NCBI GenBank assembly: GCA_963736115.1
Contig: CAVTNR010000001.1
Location: forward strand, 79,091-111,090
Length of the DNA stretch: 32,000 nucleotides
Reading direction: 5' to 3'
DNA from: an uncultured bacterium
GTDB taxonomy: Bacteria > Zhuqueibacterota > QNDG01 > DTFT01
Shown: piece after piece, positions 24,101-32,000 of the stretch
How positions within the stretch are numbered: position 1 is the stretch's first letter
Layout: each line of letters opens with the position of its first letter
Notes under the pieces: generated by a model
Told to the model about the DNA's origin: nothing
Database searches by the model: none
The model's input: the letters and a program-made list of their open reading frames with translations, nothing else
Program-made: the position numbers and the translations under genes

Positions 24101-25990
24101 AGGCTCATCGCGGACGACGGAACCGGACTGGCGAACGGCCGGAGCGAGACCTTCATCAAGGTTCACCTGCATTCCGCGCCCGTAGCCATTCTGGACGCTC
24201 CCGTCCAGGTATGCGCAGGGGAAAATGTTCTTTTCGACGCAAGCCGGTCCTTCGACGAGGATCGGGATCTGCTTTTATTTGAATGGGATTTCGGAGACGG
24301 AGCGAAGGGAGCGGGGGCGACAGCCGAGCACACCTTCCGCGCTGGCGGGCTGGTTCGGGTTCTTCTGACCGTGCGGGATAACAGCGGACTGCCGTGCAAT
24401 GAATCGGCGGCTACGGCCGTGATACGCGTGACCGACGCGCCCGTGGCGCAGGCCGGACCGGATCAGACCGTATGCGCAAATCAATCCGTTGTGTTCGACG
24501 GAACCGGGTCCGGGGGCGGCAAACGGCCTATTCAGGGATACGAATGGGATTTCGGGGACGGCGGCCAGGGCGGGGGCGTCCATCCCGTGCATGCTTACAC
24601 GCGGCCGGGACTGTACACCGTGCGGCTCCGGATCACAGTGCCGGCAGAGGGGAATTGCGAAAATTTTTCGGAGGACGAGATGACGGTGCGGGTCCTGCCC
24701 TCTCCGGTCGCATCCTTCGAGGCGGATCCGGTCGTCTGTCCGGGAGCGGATGTGGTGTTCGATGCCGGCGAACCGGATGGGGAACCGGCTCCGGCAGGGC
24801 GTTATGAATGGGACTTCGGGGACGGTGTCACGGGTTCGGGACCCCGGATGACGCACCGGTTCGGAAAACCGGGGACCTTCACGGTCCGTCTGACCGTGAC
24901 CACGGACGGTGAGGAGGGCTGCCGGACCGCATCGGCTGAACGGACGGTATTCGTGAACGAAAGACCCGAGGCCGGAATCGAAACCGGGCATGTGGAACGG
25001 CCCGGCCCGGGCGAAGCCATCCGGTTCATGGCTTTTCAGAGCCGGGACGGAGACGGGGTCATTCGCTCCTATACATGGGATTTCGGAGACGGGGAAAAGG
25101 CCGAAGGTGTCGAGGCCGTGCACCGATACCGGAAGCCGGGCGCATTCCTGGCTGTTCTGCGGGTGGAGGATGACAGCGGCACGGATTGCGGAGTCGATAC
25201 CGTTTCCGTCCGGATGCTCATTGAAAAACCCGCGGACCCGTGGGCGCCCGTAGGACCGGCTGCGCTGGCCGTCGGGGAGCCTGGTGTTTTTTCCGTCCCG
25301 GAGAACGGTCCGTCCGGAGAAACGGTCTGGACGTTTGGGGACGGGGACACGCTGACCGGCCCGCGGGTTTCCAAGTCTTTCCGCGCACCGGGAACCTGGC
25401 AGGTTCAGGCGGGCGGTTCCGGATCCTGGAGCAGGTCCGTCGAGGTCCGGGTCATGGCTGCGCCTGAAGTGACCGCGCCGGAGCGCATGGATGCCGACGT
25501 CCTCGTTCCGACCGAGTTCCGCGCGTCCGTTTCAGAACGGGACCTCGTTTTCCCAGCCGTGGTCTGGAATTTCGGGGACGGCCGCATGCTGGAATCCAAT
25601 CCGGCCGTTCATACCTATGAGAAACCCGGATCCTACGAGGCCTCCGTAACCGTGAGGGATGCCCGCAATCCGGCTGTTCCGGCCGCGGTCCGGCCGGTGG
25701 CCGTGACCGTGCACCCGCCGCCGGAGGCCCGCATCGAAGTCAGCCCTGACACCCTGTACGCCGGCGGCGGCAGGGACGAGGTTCTGTTTCTGGCCGTGCC
25801 CCTTCATCCGGATGTCCCGATCGCGGCGCAATGGGAATTCGGAGACGGCCGGTCCGGCCGGGGCAGCCGCGTCCTGCATGCCTACGCCCGTCCGGGCGCG
25901 TATACGGTCCGGCTCACGATATGGAATACCCACCGTCCGTCGTCCAGACCGGTGTCTGTCGAGAAACAGATTCGGATATGGCCGCGATGA
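21176..25990 (+). CDS. Secreted giant protein: signal peptide, ~300-aa unknown N-terminal region, then 15 tandem PKD domains
   Basis: The ATG at 21176 has GGGAGG 6 nt upstream and encodes MLSRIQSLSQRTLPILLLLIPLLSDPSLRAAE, a signal-peptide-like sequence (the track start 21125 is less likely). There are 15 repeats of the PKD signature WDFGDG...H.Y..PG.Y.V.L.V.D. Confidence 0.9.
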   Translation: MLSRIQSLSQRTLPILLLLIPLLSDPSLRAAERRTNVNFLVTAGRDASISSGDSLFRSVFFIRCPIGFKSPVYVRIFDADAGGRFDQPASGDRARYRVFGKGAIRHSIRSVRDALPDAKPLADLEIGEDVLYDGQWRTLAVLVPADGQEADSIREFQLVVDGAAGTGVNRYRLFVSSEDSRNTPVEGLVISSPVATVLLPASNILVTRIPFRIPSAVSGLRITVFDAESMGECYVQTEKRMKIQVPVSGNMESRSTHVDLLPEERGGKAGLMFAGSHSRQDHVQCRIEDDSGATVDFLMPAFSSTDNSLPSPAIDLQPLSDCVSIVLDASRSTDPDGDQLFFEWKSGGACIGAGPRIVHRFPGPGLYKVEMTVRDNSGYIADRRTLERAVRINEPPVSLPAAPSGGAPGEALVFDGSGSSDADGRITAWRWDFGDGAGASGAVTRHTYAVPGHYRVTLTVEDDSRSFCASDGQSVSVRINSPPMARMRAQSRAAVGEEVQADGGGSKDADGTLVRYAWDFGDGATAEGVTAGHKYAAPGLYRIRLAVTDDAERINSSQTDSALVRINAPPEARGQAPAVVAAGQEVVFDGSASRDPDGRIVATEWILGDGSADASGPIVRHAYEKPGTYEVILRVRDDSGVSSDTDTLRLSVRVNAPPVPNAGGDRVLNESVALFDASGSADPDDPIISYRWDFGDGKSAEGLRVRHAYNLPGTYEVSLTVTDASGTSSASRTGRIRVTVNHPPIADAGPARTVAPGEPVLLDGGFSSDPDGRIESFRWEIEPGIFREGRRVEIAYDKPGLRQPLLFVRDDAGAEDVFATEIRVNAPPVAAAAPVPSAAPGDTVVFDGRGSRDPDGRIAEAVWDFGDGTPPVNGLRCAHVYAAPGVYSAVLRIRDDSGAGNGLASVVCTAAINHAPEPDAGGDRSQCGLMVDFDGSASRDADGDALSLRWDFGDSTSAYGRRVRHRYPKPGLYPVRLIADDGTGLANGRSETFIKVHLHSAPVAILDAPVQVCAGENVLFDASRSFDEDRDLLLFEWDFGDGAKGAGATAEHTFRAGGLVRVLLTVRDNSGLPCNESAATAVIRVTDAPVAQAGPDQTVCANQSVVFDGTGSGGGKRPIQGYEWDFGDGGQGGGVHPVHAYTRPGLYTVRLRITVPAEGNCENFSEDEMTVRVLPSPVASFEADPVVCPGADVVFDAGEPDGEPAPAGRYEWDFGDGVTGSGPRMTHRFGKPGTFTVRLTVTTDGEEGCRTASAERTVFVNERPEAGIETGHVERPGPGEAIRFMAFQSRDGDGVIRSYTWDFGDGEKAEGVEAVHRYRKPGAFLAVLRVEDDSGTDCGVDTVSVRMLIEKPADPWAPVGPAALAVGEPGVFSVPENGPSGETVWTFGDGDTLTGPRVSKSFRAPGTWQVQAGGSGSWSRSVEVRVMAAPEVTAPERMDADVLVPTEFRASVSERDLVFPAVVWNFGDGRMLESNPAVHTYEKPGSYEASVTVRDARNPAVPAAVRPVAVTVHPPPEARIEVSPDTLYAGGGRDEVLFLAVPLHPDVPIAAQWEFGDGRSGRGSRVLHAYARPGAYTVRLTIWNTHRPSSRPVSVEKQIRIWPR
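22100..25975 (+). repeat. Tandem diverged coding repeats (PKD domains, roughly 255-290 nt each) with a recurring near-identical 17-mer tgggatttcggrgacgg
   Basis: The 17-mer encoding WDFGDG recurs near 22468, 22729, 23250, 24013, 24283, 24544 and 25077, with more diverged copies between them. At protein level the motif variants run from WKSGGA to WEFGDG (15 units). Confidence 0.85.
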
Positions 25991-26055
25991 GCCTGCGGCT
26001 CCACATCGGACTCCGCGACGGCCGCATCCTGTCCCGTCCTGAAGGACCCAGCCGC

Positions 26056-28341
26056 ATGCGAAGGTCATTCCTGCGTCTGATCGGGGTCTGCTTTCTCGTG
26101 TTCGGTTTCGCCGGAAACGGACCGGCCCAGACCAGGGATGACGTGCAGGTGACGCTGGAAAGCAACGAGAGCCTGCGTTCTCTGGCCGCGAAATACCTCG
26201 GCGGCCCGAATGACTGGGAAATCCTTCTTCTGGTCAACGGACTCAAATCCCCGGATCAGCTCAGAACCGGACAGCGGCTGTGGATTCCGGTGAAACAGTT
26301 TCACAGGACCGTTGCCGGACTGGACCGCTGCAGATCCGCCATTGCGGCAGCCAATGCCGAAGGCGCGTCTATTCTGGCCACGCAACGGATCACGGAGGCG
26401 GCGGAACTGGAGAGCCAGGCGCTCGGTCACAAGAAGCGGGGCGAACTGGCCGAAGCGCAGAAGGACGCGGATGAGGCGGCGCGGCTCGCGCAGGCCGCCC
26501 TGTCCGAGACGCGCGCGAAGCGGCTCCAGTCCGTTGCCGCGGTACTCAAGGAAAAACGGGGGACCGTTCAGAAACGGCCGCCGGATTTGCTGCGCTGGGA
26601 CGACGCGGCGCTCCTGCAGGAATTGATCGAGAAGGACCGCGTTCGCACCCTGTCCCGGTCGTACGGGAACATCCAGTTCGTGGACGGCAGCAGCCTCCGC
26701 ATGGACGAGAACGCCCTCATCGTCATTGAATCGTCCAAAAAGGATGTGGTGAAGAACACCAGCGCGGCGGACATTCTGGTGCTCGAAGGCGATGTCTCCG
26801 CCCTGATCCGTTCCCTGTCTTCCGGGAATCCGCTTCGCGTGTCGTCGCCCGGGGTCCAAACCGGCGTTCGGTCCCGCCATTTCATGGCCGGCCGGGATCG
26901 GAACCGGACAGCCCGTTTCTCCAATTTCGACGGAGAGCTGGACGTTTCCGCGGCCGGACGCACGGTGAAGCTGGCCGCCAATGAGGGAACGCGGGTGAAA
27001 TCCGGAGCCGCGCCGGAAAACCCGCGGAAACTGCCGGATCCTCCGATTCCCATAGAACCTCGGCCGGGGCGCTCTCTGTTCACGGATTCCATCGACTTTT
27101 CCTGGCGGCCGATTGCGGGCGCGGAATCCTTCCGCGTTGAAATCGCCGTGGACCCCGCGTTCAATACAGTGGTGAAAACCCTGGCATCCGCGGGCACCGG
27201 GGCCCGATGGTCCGATCCGGAAAACGGAACGTATTTCTGGCGGGTCCGGGCCGGAGACCGGGACCGTCTTCAGGGGCCTTTCTCCGCTCCGTCCGCCTTT
27301 ACCGTACGCAAGGATCATACACCTCCGTTTCTGGAATGGAACGCGCCCGTGTCCGACACGGTCGTTTCCGGCGAACGTCTCCGGATACACGGAAGGGCTG
27401 AGTCCGGCGTGACGGTGACCGCGGGAGGCGACACACTGACGCTGTCACCCGGCGGCGCGTTTGTAGCGGATGTCCGGGTCGGACCCGGAAGCGGGATACT
27501 CCGCGTCGCCGCGGTCGACTCCGCCGGAAACCGGAGCGAAATCAGCCGCCGTGTGACCGTTTCCTCAGGCCCGGAACTTTTCATCCTCGATATGCAGCCG
27601 TCCGACCGAACGGCGGCGAATACCCTTACACTGGCGGGCTCCGTGAAACCGGGCGTCCGGCTGTGGCTGAATGGCCGTCCCGTGGACATCCGGGCCGACG
27701 CCTTCCTCTTGTCCATGGCCCTTCAGGAAGGGGAGAATGTTTTCCATTTCAGGGCCGTTTCCGCAGGGGAAGATGAACAGTCCCGGTCCGTCACCGTCAT
27801 TTCGGATGTCACGCCCCCGATTCTACGGATGCCGGATCCGCCGGAATACACGAACCGGCCGGAACTACGGTTCGAGGGAGATGTGTCTGAACCGTGCGAT
27901 CTCCAGCTGAACGGACGGTCTGTCCCGTCCGACTCCGGTCGTTTTCTGGTGTCCGTGCGCCTCACGGACGGGCCGAATGCATTCCGGTTGGAGGCCGGGG
28001 ACTTGGCGGGAAACGCGTCCGAGCGCAGGTTCATGGTTTATCTCGACACCGTGCCGCCGAACGTCGTATCGTCCTCGTTTTCCATGCCGAGGACGGCCGG
28101 GGGGGAAACAATCGAGGCGATCGTGCGGGTCGCCGACGCCGGGGCCGGGGCCGCGAGAACCGCGTCCTGCGTTGTGGAAATCCTCCCCTGCGTCATCCGG
28201 ATCCCGATTCTGCTGAAGCGCGCTCCGGATTCGGACGAATATCGGGCAAGCCTGGCGGTGCCGTCCGGATGCGTCGGAGCCCCGGCTCTGAGAGACCTGA
28301 CGGTCTCCGATTATCTGGGCAACACGCGGCGGATTCCGTGA
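26056..28341 (+). CDS. Exported LysM-domain protein with a FecR-like region and Ig/FN3-like beta-sandwich repeats
   Basis: Preferred start is the ATG at 26056, giving MRRSFLRLIGVCFLVFGFAGNGPAQT (signal peptide). An alternative ATG at 25987 makes an ATGA overlap with the PKD gene stop. The track start 25831 lies inside the PKD gene. LysM: VTLESNESLRSLAAKYLGGPNDWEILLLVNGLKSPDQLRTGQRLWIPV. FN3-like: FSWRPIAGAESFRVEIAVDPAFN...YFWRVRA. The FecR-like call (NIQFVDGSSLRMDENALIVIE) is tentative. Confidence 0.8.
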   Translation: MRRSFLRLIGVCFLVFGFAGNGPAQTRDDVQVTLESNESLRSLAAKYLGGPNDWEILLLVNGLKSPDQLRTGQRLWIPVKQFHRTVAGLDRCRSAIAAANAEGASILATQRITEAAELESQALGHKKRGELAEAQKDADEAARLAQAALSETRAKRLQSVAAVLKEKRGTVQKRPPDLLRWDDAALLQELIEKDRVRTLSRSYGNIQFVDGSSLRMDENALIVIESSKKDVVKNTSAADILVLEGDVSALIRSLSSGNPLRVSSPGVQTGVRSRHFMAGRDRNRTARFSNFDGELDVSAAGRTVKLAANEGTRVKSGAAPENPRKLPDPPIPIEPRPGRSLFTDSIDFSWRPIAGAESFRVEIAVDPAFNTVVKTLASAGTGARWSDPENGTYFWRVRAGDRDRLQGPFSAPSAFTVRKDHTPPFLEWNAPVSDTVVSGERLRIHGRAESGVTVTAGGDTLTLSPGGAFVADVRVGPGSGILRVAAVDSAGNRSEISRRVTVSSGPELFILDMQPSDRTAANTLTLAGSVKPGVRLWLNGRPVDIRADAFLLSMALQEGENVFHFRAVSAGEDEQSRSVTVISDVTPPILRMPDPPEYTNRPELRFEGDVSEPCDLQLNGRSVPSDSGRFLVSVRLTDGPNAFRLEAGDLAGNASERRFMVYLDTVPPNVVSSSFSMPRTAGGETIEAIVRVADAGAGAARTASCVVEILPCVIRIPILLKRAPDSDEYRASLAVPSGCVGAPALRDLTVSDYLGNTRRIP

Positions 28342-28415
28342 GGGGGTTCCCTGCGCCGGAACCGGGCCGGCTCCGGCAGCCGCGACGATCCATCCCATCC
28401 TGAACGAAGACGACG

Positions 28416-30107
28416 ATGAGAGCATTCGAGATTCTCAATAAAAGGCTCCTTTTTTTCACTTTTCTCGCCGCGTTCCTGCTGGTTTCGGTGCTGCCTGTCC
28501 TGATTTCAGGCTTCATCATCCTGAACCGCACCGAGGAGGAGCTCAAGAGTTCACTCAACGAAAGCAATTACCTGATCGCGCGCGCGATCGCGGTGGAAAT
28601 CAGCGACTCCAATCTGCGGCCATGGGCCGCCCTGCTCGGGGGTCTGGCTTCAGCGCCGCGCGCCGGATCCGGGCTGCCCGAATCGTTCGACGGCCTGGTG
28701 GACCAGGCGTTCCGGCAGGAGGATCAGTTGGCCGTGCTCTCGGTGCAAACGGCCGGGCGGCGGGAACCCCGTCACTACATCAACCGGCTTTTCCGCGAGG
28801 AGCTGAACCGCCAGGATCCGGACGAGCTGACCCGCCTGTTCTCCTTCCGGGAGACGGGGGAGACCGTGGGGCGGCCGGTTCTGCTCGATTCCGGCCGTTC
28901 CGTTTTCCTGCCGGTCGAAGCGGCCGACCGCACCGGGGGAAAGCCCCTGCTCACCGTGCGCGGCGTCTTCCGGATGAATCCTTCTCTCGAGGCCTTCGAT
29001 CAGGACGTCTCTCCGATGCGGCGGCAGATTTACGTGCTGGACCGGAACGGGGACGTCCTGTTCCGGAACGGATTCGCGGAAATCGGGTCGGGAAAGTCCC
29101 TGCCGTATCCTCTTTTGCCGGCCGGCGCGCGCGCCGCGTCGGTATTCCGGACCGTTGCTTTCGATTTCAACGGTGAGAAGCATCTGGGGTATGCCTATCC
29201 CATGGCCGTCACGGGATGGCGCGTCGTTTTGGTGTATCCCCAGGACAAAGCGTACGCCCTGGTTTCAGGAACGCGCCGGAGCATCCTGGCGACTTTGGGA
29301 GCCGCGGTGCTCCTCAGCCTGGCCCTGTCCTTCCTGCTGGCCTGGTTCCACTCCAGCGTGATCGTCCATGCGAAGGAGGCTCTGCAGCGGTACGCCGACA
29401 AGCTCGAGCAGACCAACGCCGAGCTGGATGCGTTCGCTTCTTCGATTTCACACGACCTGAGCGCGCCGCTCCGGCACATCATGGGTTACGCGGACATCCT
29501 GGAGATGCGCCTCAAACCGACCCTCGATCCCAAGGATATGGGGCATCTCGAAAAGATCGCCACCGCCGCCCGGCACCTGCACGCGCTCGTACACGACGTA
29601 CTCGTGTTCTCCAAGATGGGGCGCTCGGAAATCCATAAAACACGGGTGTTGCTGTCCGCGCTCATTGACGCGACCCGCGCACGGCTGGAGCCCGACATCC
29701 GCGGCCGCGCCATCGCCTGGCGGGTGGACGGCGGTGAGACGCTTTGGGGTGATCCCACCATGCTGCAGCTGGTTCTGTTCAATCTGATTTCCAATGCCCT
29801 CAAATTCACGCGTGACCGCGAGCATCCCCTGATCGAGATCGGCGCCAGGCCCGGTCCCGAAGAGACGACCGTGTTTGTCTCGGACAACGGCGTCGGTTTC
29901 GACAACCGGGATCAGAACAGGTTGTTCGGACTTTTTCAGCGTCTGCATGATCGTGCCGAGTTCGAGGGACACGGCGTGGGGCTCGCCCATGTGAGGCGCA
30001 TCATCGCCAAGCACGGCGGCCGAACCTGGGCCGAGAGCCGGCCCGGCCGCGGCGCCACCTTCTACTTTTCGCTCCCCGTCGATACCCTGGAACGGATTGA
30101 GAAATGA
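28416..30107 (+). CDS. Membrane sensor histidine kinase (two TM helices flanking a periplasmic sensor domain; HisKA + HATPase_c)
   Basis: TM1 is LLFFTFLAAFLLVSVLPVLISGFIIL and TM2 is ILATLGAAVLLSLALSFLLAWF. H-box is FASSISHDLSAPLRHIMGYADIL. N/G boxes are FNLISNALKFT, VSDNGVGF and GHGVGLA. Confidence 0.9.
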   Translation: MRAFEILNKRLLFFTFLAAFLLVSVLPVLISGFIILNRTEEELKSSLNESNYLIARAIAVEISDSNLRPWAALLGGLASAPRAGSGLPESFDGLVDQAFRQEDQLAVLSVQTAGRREPRHYINRLFREELNRQDPDELTRLFSFRETGETVGRPVLLDSGRSVFLPVEAADRTGGKPLLTVRGVFRMNPSLEAFDQDVSPMRRQIYVLDRNGDVLFRNGFAEIGSGKSLPYPLLPAGARAASVFRTVAFDFNGEKHLGYAYPMAVTGWRVVLVYPQDKAYALVSGTRRSILATLGAAVLLSLALSFLLAWFHSSVIVHAKEALQRYADKLEQTNAELDAFASSISHDLSAPLRHIMGYADILEMRLKPTLDPKDMGHLEKIATAARHLHALVHDVLVFSKMGRSEIHKTRVLLSALIDATRARLEPDIRGRAIAWRVDGGETLWGDPTMLQLVLFNLISNALKFTRDREHPLIEIGARPGPEETTVFVSDNGVGFDNRDQNRLFGLFQRLHDRAEFEGHGVGLAHVRRIIAKHGGRTWAESRPGRGATFYFSLPVDTLERIEK

Positions 30108-30115
30108 GCCGCTGA

Positions 30116-31537
30116 ATGGACGCCACGCGTGAACTGAAAATTCTGTACCTCGAGGACAATCCGCTCGATGTGGATCTGACCCGATCGCGCCTGGAGGCCG
30201 AAGGACTGCTCCACCGCATGACCCACCTCAGGACCCGGGCGGAGTTTCTCGATGCGATGCAGAAGGGCGGATTCGACGTCCTGATGATCGACTATTCCGT
30301 CCCCGGTTTCGCAAGTCTGGAGGCGCTGGAAATCGCGCGCGCGCTGTACCCGGACGCGCCCATCCTCATCATCTCCGGCACCATCGGAGAGGAAATCGCC
30401 ATTGACACCATGCGGCGCGGCGCGAACGATTATGTGCTCAAGAACCGCATCTCCCGCCTGTCACCGGCCCTCCGTCGCGTCGTGCAGGAAGCCGAGGACC
30501 GCCGCCGCCGCAAGGAGGCCGAGAAGGCTCAGCGGGAGGCGGAAGCCCGGTACCGGACCCTGTTCGAGGCTTCGCCGGAGGCCGTTTTCCTCATCGACGG
30601 TCAGGGCGTCATCCGGGACTGCAACCCGGAAGCGGAGCGGCTCCTGAACATACCGGCGGTGCGGATTGTGGGCCGCTCCAGCTCTGAGGTCGGATTCCTC
30701 GCGCGTTTCAGCGCCGGAGCCGCGGCGGCGTCCGTCCAAGACGCCGGTGATCCGGGCCATCCATCACCCTCCGAGGAGCGGATCGATTCGGAGGGGACCG
30801 GTCGATGGGTCGAGGTCATTCCGGGCCGCGTGCGCGTGGACGGCGGCCGGGGTTTTCAGGTGATCGTGCGCGAGATCACGGGCCGGAAACAGGCGGACGA
30901 ACGCATCCAGAACAGCCTGAGGGAAAAGGAAGTCATGCTCCGCGAGATCCATCACCGCGTGAAGAACAACCTGCAGGTCATCTGCGGCCTGCTCGCGTTC
31001 CGCAGCGGTGCGTCGGGCGTCGGGCAGGGCGGGATGTGCCTCGAGTGCCGGGACCGGATCACCACGATGGCCCTGATCCACGAGCGGCTGACCCATTCGG
31101 ATGATCTCTCACGCATTCCCTTCAGAGAATCGGCCCACAGCCTGGTCAGCGAGCGCGTGCTGAGCATGCCCCCGCCCAGGCGCGTGTCCTTCGAACTGGA
31201 TATCGCGGATGTCACGTTCAAACTTCCGCTGGCCGTGCCTCTGGCGCTGATCCTGAACGAACTGGTCAGCCGCGCACTGCGGAACGCGTTTCCGGACGGC
31301 CGGAAGGGGACCCTGCGGGTGAGTCTGACCGCGGACGGAGGAAACGGCTGGATCCTGGCGGTCCGGGACGACGGCGCCGTGTCGGCGCCGGAAGCCGGCG
31401 GGGATGCGGACACCGGCATGCGTCTGGTCCGCATGCTCGTCGAACAGATCCGCGGCGAAATGACCATGTCCGTGGAGAACGGAACCGTCTGCCGGTTTCG
31501 GTTTCCGGCCGTGTCCGAATCTTCGAACGGACCCTGA
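30116..31537 (+). CDS. Hybrid response-regulator receiver - PAS - HisKA_2/HWE-type histidine kinase
   Basis: REC: ILYLEDNPLD, acceptor Asp in FDVLMIDYSVPG, SGTIGEE, YVLKN. PAS-like: YRTLFEASPEAVFLIDGQGVIRDCNPEAERLL. HisKA_2 H-box: EKEVMLREIHHRVKNNLQVICGLL. ATPase: LILNELVSRALRNAF, VRDDG. It starts 8 nt after the preceding kinase gene. Confidence 0.9.
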   Translation: MDATRELKILYLEDNPLDVDLTRSRLEAEGLLHRMTHLRTRAEFLDAMQKGGFDVLMIDYSVPGFASLEALEIARALYPDAPILIISGTIGEEIAIDTMRRGANDYVLKNRISRLSPALRRVVQEAEDRRRRKEAEKAQREAEARYRTLFEASPEAVFLIDGQGVIRDCNPEAERLLNIPAVRIVGRSSSEVGFLARFSAGAAAASVQDAGDPGHPSPSEERIDSEGTGRWVEVIPGRVRVDGGRGFQVIVREITGRKQADERIQNSLREKEVMLREIHHRVKNNLQVICGLLAFRSGASGVGQGGMCLECRDRITTMALIHERLTHSDDLSRIPFRESAHSLVSERVLSMPPPRRVSFELDIADVTFKLPLAVPLALILNELVSRALRNAFPDGRKGTLRVSLTADGGNGWILAVRDDGAVSAPEAGGDADTGMRLVRMLVEQIRGEMTMSVENGTVCRFRFPAVSESSNGP

Positions 31538-31635
31538 ACCGGCGGCCGGGCCCGGACACGGAACCTGCGGTTTCCGCCCGGATGCGCAGCCGGAGGAAAT
31601 AAAATCCATGCAATGAAGGGAGCCATCCGAAAGTC

Positions 31636-32000
31636 ATGAGCGCCATGAAAAGACGCACCTCCTCGCGGACCGCCGTCCTGCTGATCCACTGTCCGGATCA
31701 GAAAGGGCTTGTGCTCGCAGTGACCGATTTCCTCTACAAGAACAACGGCAATGTCGTGTATCTGGATCAGCACGTGGACCCCGAACGACGGCTGTTTTTC
31801 ATGCGGATCGAATGGGAGCTCTCGGATTTCGCGATCCCGGACGATAAAATCGGAGAATTTTTCGGGGTTCTGATGGCCAAGAAGTACCGCATGAAATGGC
31901 AGTTGTACTTCTCGGACGAAAAGCCCCGGATGGCCGTGTACGTGTCCACGCTGTCTCACTGTCTGTACGACATTCTGCACCGAATGCATTCGGCCGAGTG
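31636..32000 (+). CDS. purU: Formyltetrahydrofolate deformylase, N-terminal (ACT domain) part; continues beyond the right edge
   Basis: Not in the ORF track (open to the edge). Hand translation gives MSAMKRRTSSRTAVLLIHCPDQKGLVLAVTDFLYKNNGNVVYLDQHVDPERRLFFMRIEWEL...KPRMAVYVSTLSHCLYDILHRMHSAE. This matches the PurU pattern (LL..CPD..G.VA.VT.FL, FFMR, S...HCL.DLL.R). Confidence 0.85.
   Translation, partial: MSAMKRRTSSRTAVLLIHCPDQKGLVLAVTDFLYKNNGNVVYLDQHVDPERRLFFMRIEWELSDFAIPDDKIGEFFGVLMAKKYRMKWQLYFSDEKPRMAVYVSTLSHCLYDILHRMHSAE

Noticed and set aside
31546-31555. A perfect 10-bp palindrome CCGGGCCCGG and a nearby imperfect GGAACC/GGTTTCC hairpin after the last kinase gene, considered as a terminator.
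   Set aside because: There is no loop and no following T-run, so this is not a convincing intrinsic terminator. I found no other clear rho-independent terminator in the window.
1-32000. A search for CRISPR arrays, tRNA/rRNA genes, transposase or integrase genes, terminal inverted repeats, reverse transcriptase/DGR components and prophage genes.
   Set aside because: I recognised none. The only strong repeats are the in-frame PKD coding repeats. There are therefore no direct mobility hallmarks to support or reject island status from this window alone.

Overview
High-GC (about 60% by eye), gene-dense bacterial window. I saw no rRNA, tRNA, CRISPR array, transposase or integrase. There are three blocks. 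(i) 1-16024, all minus strand, holds two tightly packed operons separated by a ~250-bp AT-rich island. The upstream operon (16024->9437) encodes a ClpA/B-like AAA+ protein with a degenerate first ring, a MoxR-class AAA+ ATPase, a large protein with a C-terminal vWA/MIDAS domain, and an unknown 377-aa protein. The downstream operon (8877-><1) encodes a J-like protein, a GrpE-like protein, an atypical Hsp70, a pseudokinase-TPR protein, a membrane-anchored TPR-like protein, a 75-aa protein and another TPR-like protein. Several junctions are ATGA stop/start overlaps. (ii) 16232-20834, plus strand and divergent from block (i), encodes a sigma-54-activator-type AAA+ regulator (GAFTDA variant loop, no recognisable C-terminal HTH), a NUDIX hydrolase, and an ~835-aa fusion of a RelA/SpoT alarmone-synthetase domain, TPRs, a SLOG (TRPM/LSDAT-like) domain and RyR repeats. 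(iii) 21176-32000, plus strand, looks ordinary: a secreted protein with 15 PKD domains, a LysM/FecR-like surface protein, a sensor histidine kinase, a REC-PAS-HisKA_2 kinase, and the 5' end of purU. The best candidate for an undescribed system is blocks (i)+(ii) together: a nucleotide-signal generator/sensor/eraser module plus an AAA+ regulator, facing a MoxR-vWA/ClpB-like/Hsp70 chaperone-like gene set in which many catalytic motifs are substituted. Two genes in the Hsp70 operon (pseudokinase, GrpE-like) are split by frameshifts, and a third (the membrane TPR-like protein) may be. All functional calls rest on motif recognition by eye. No database search was run.
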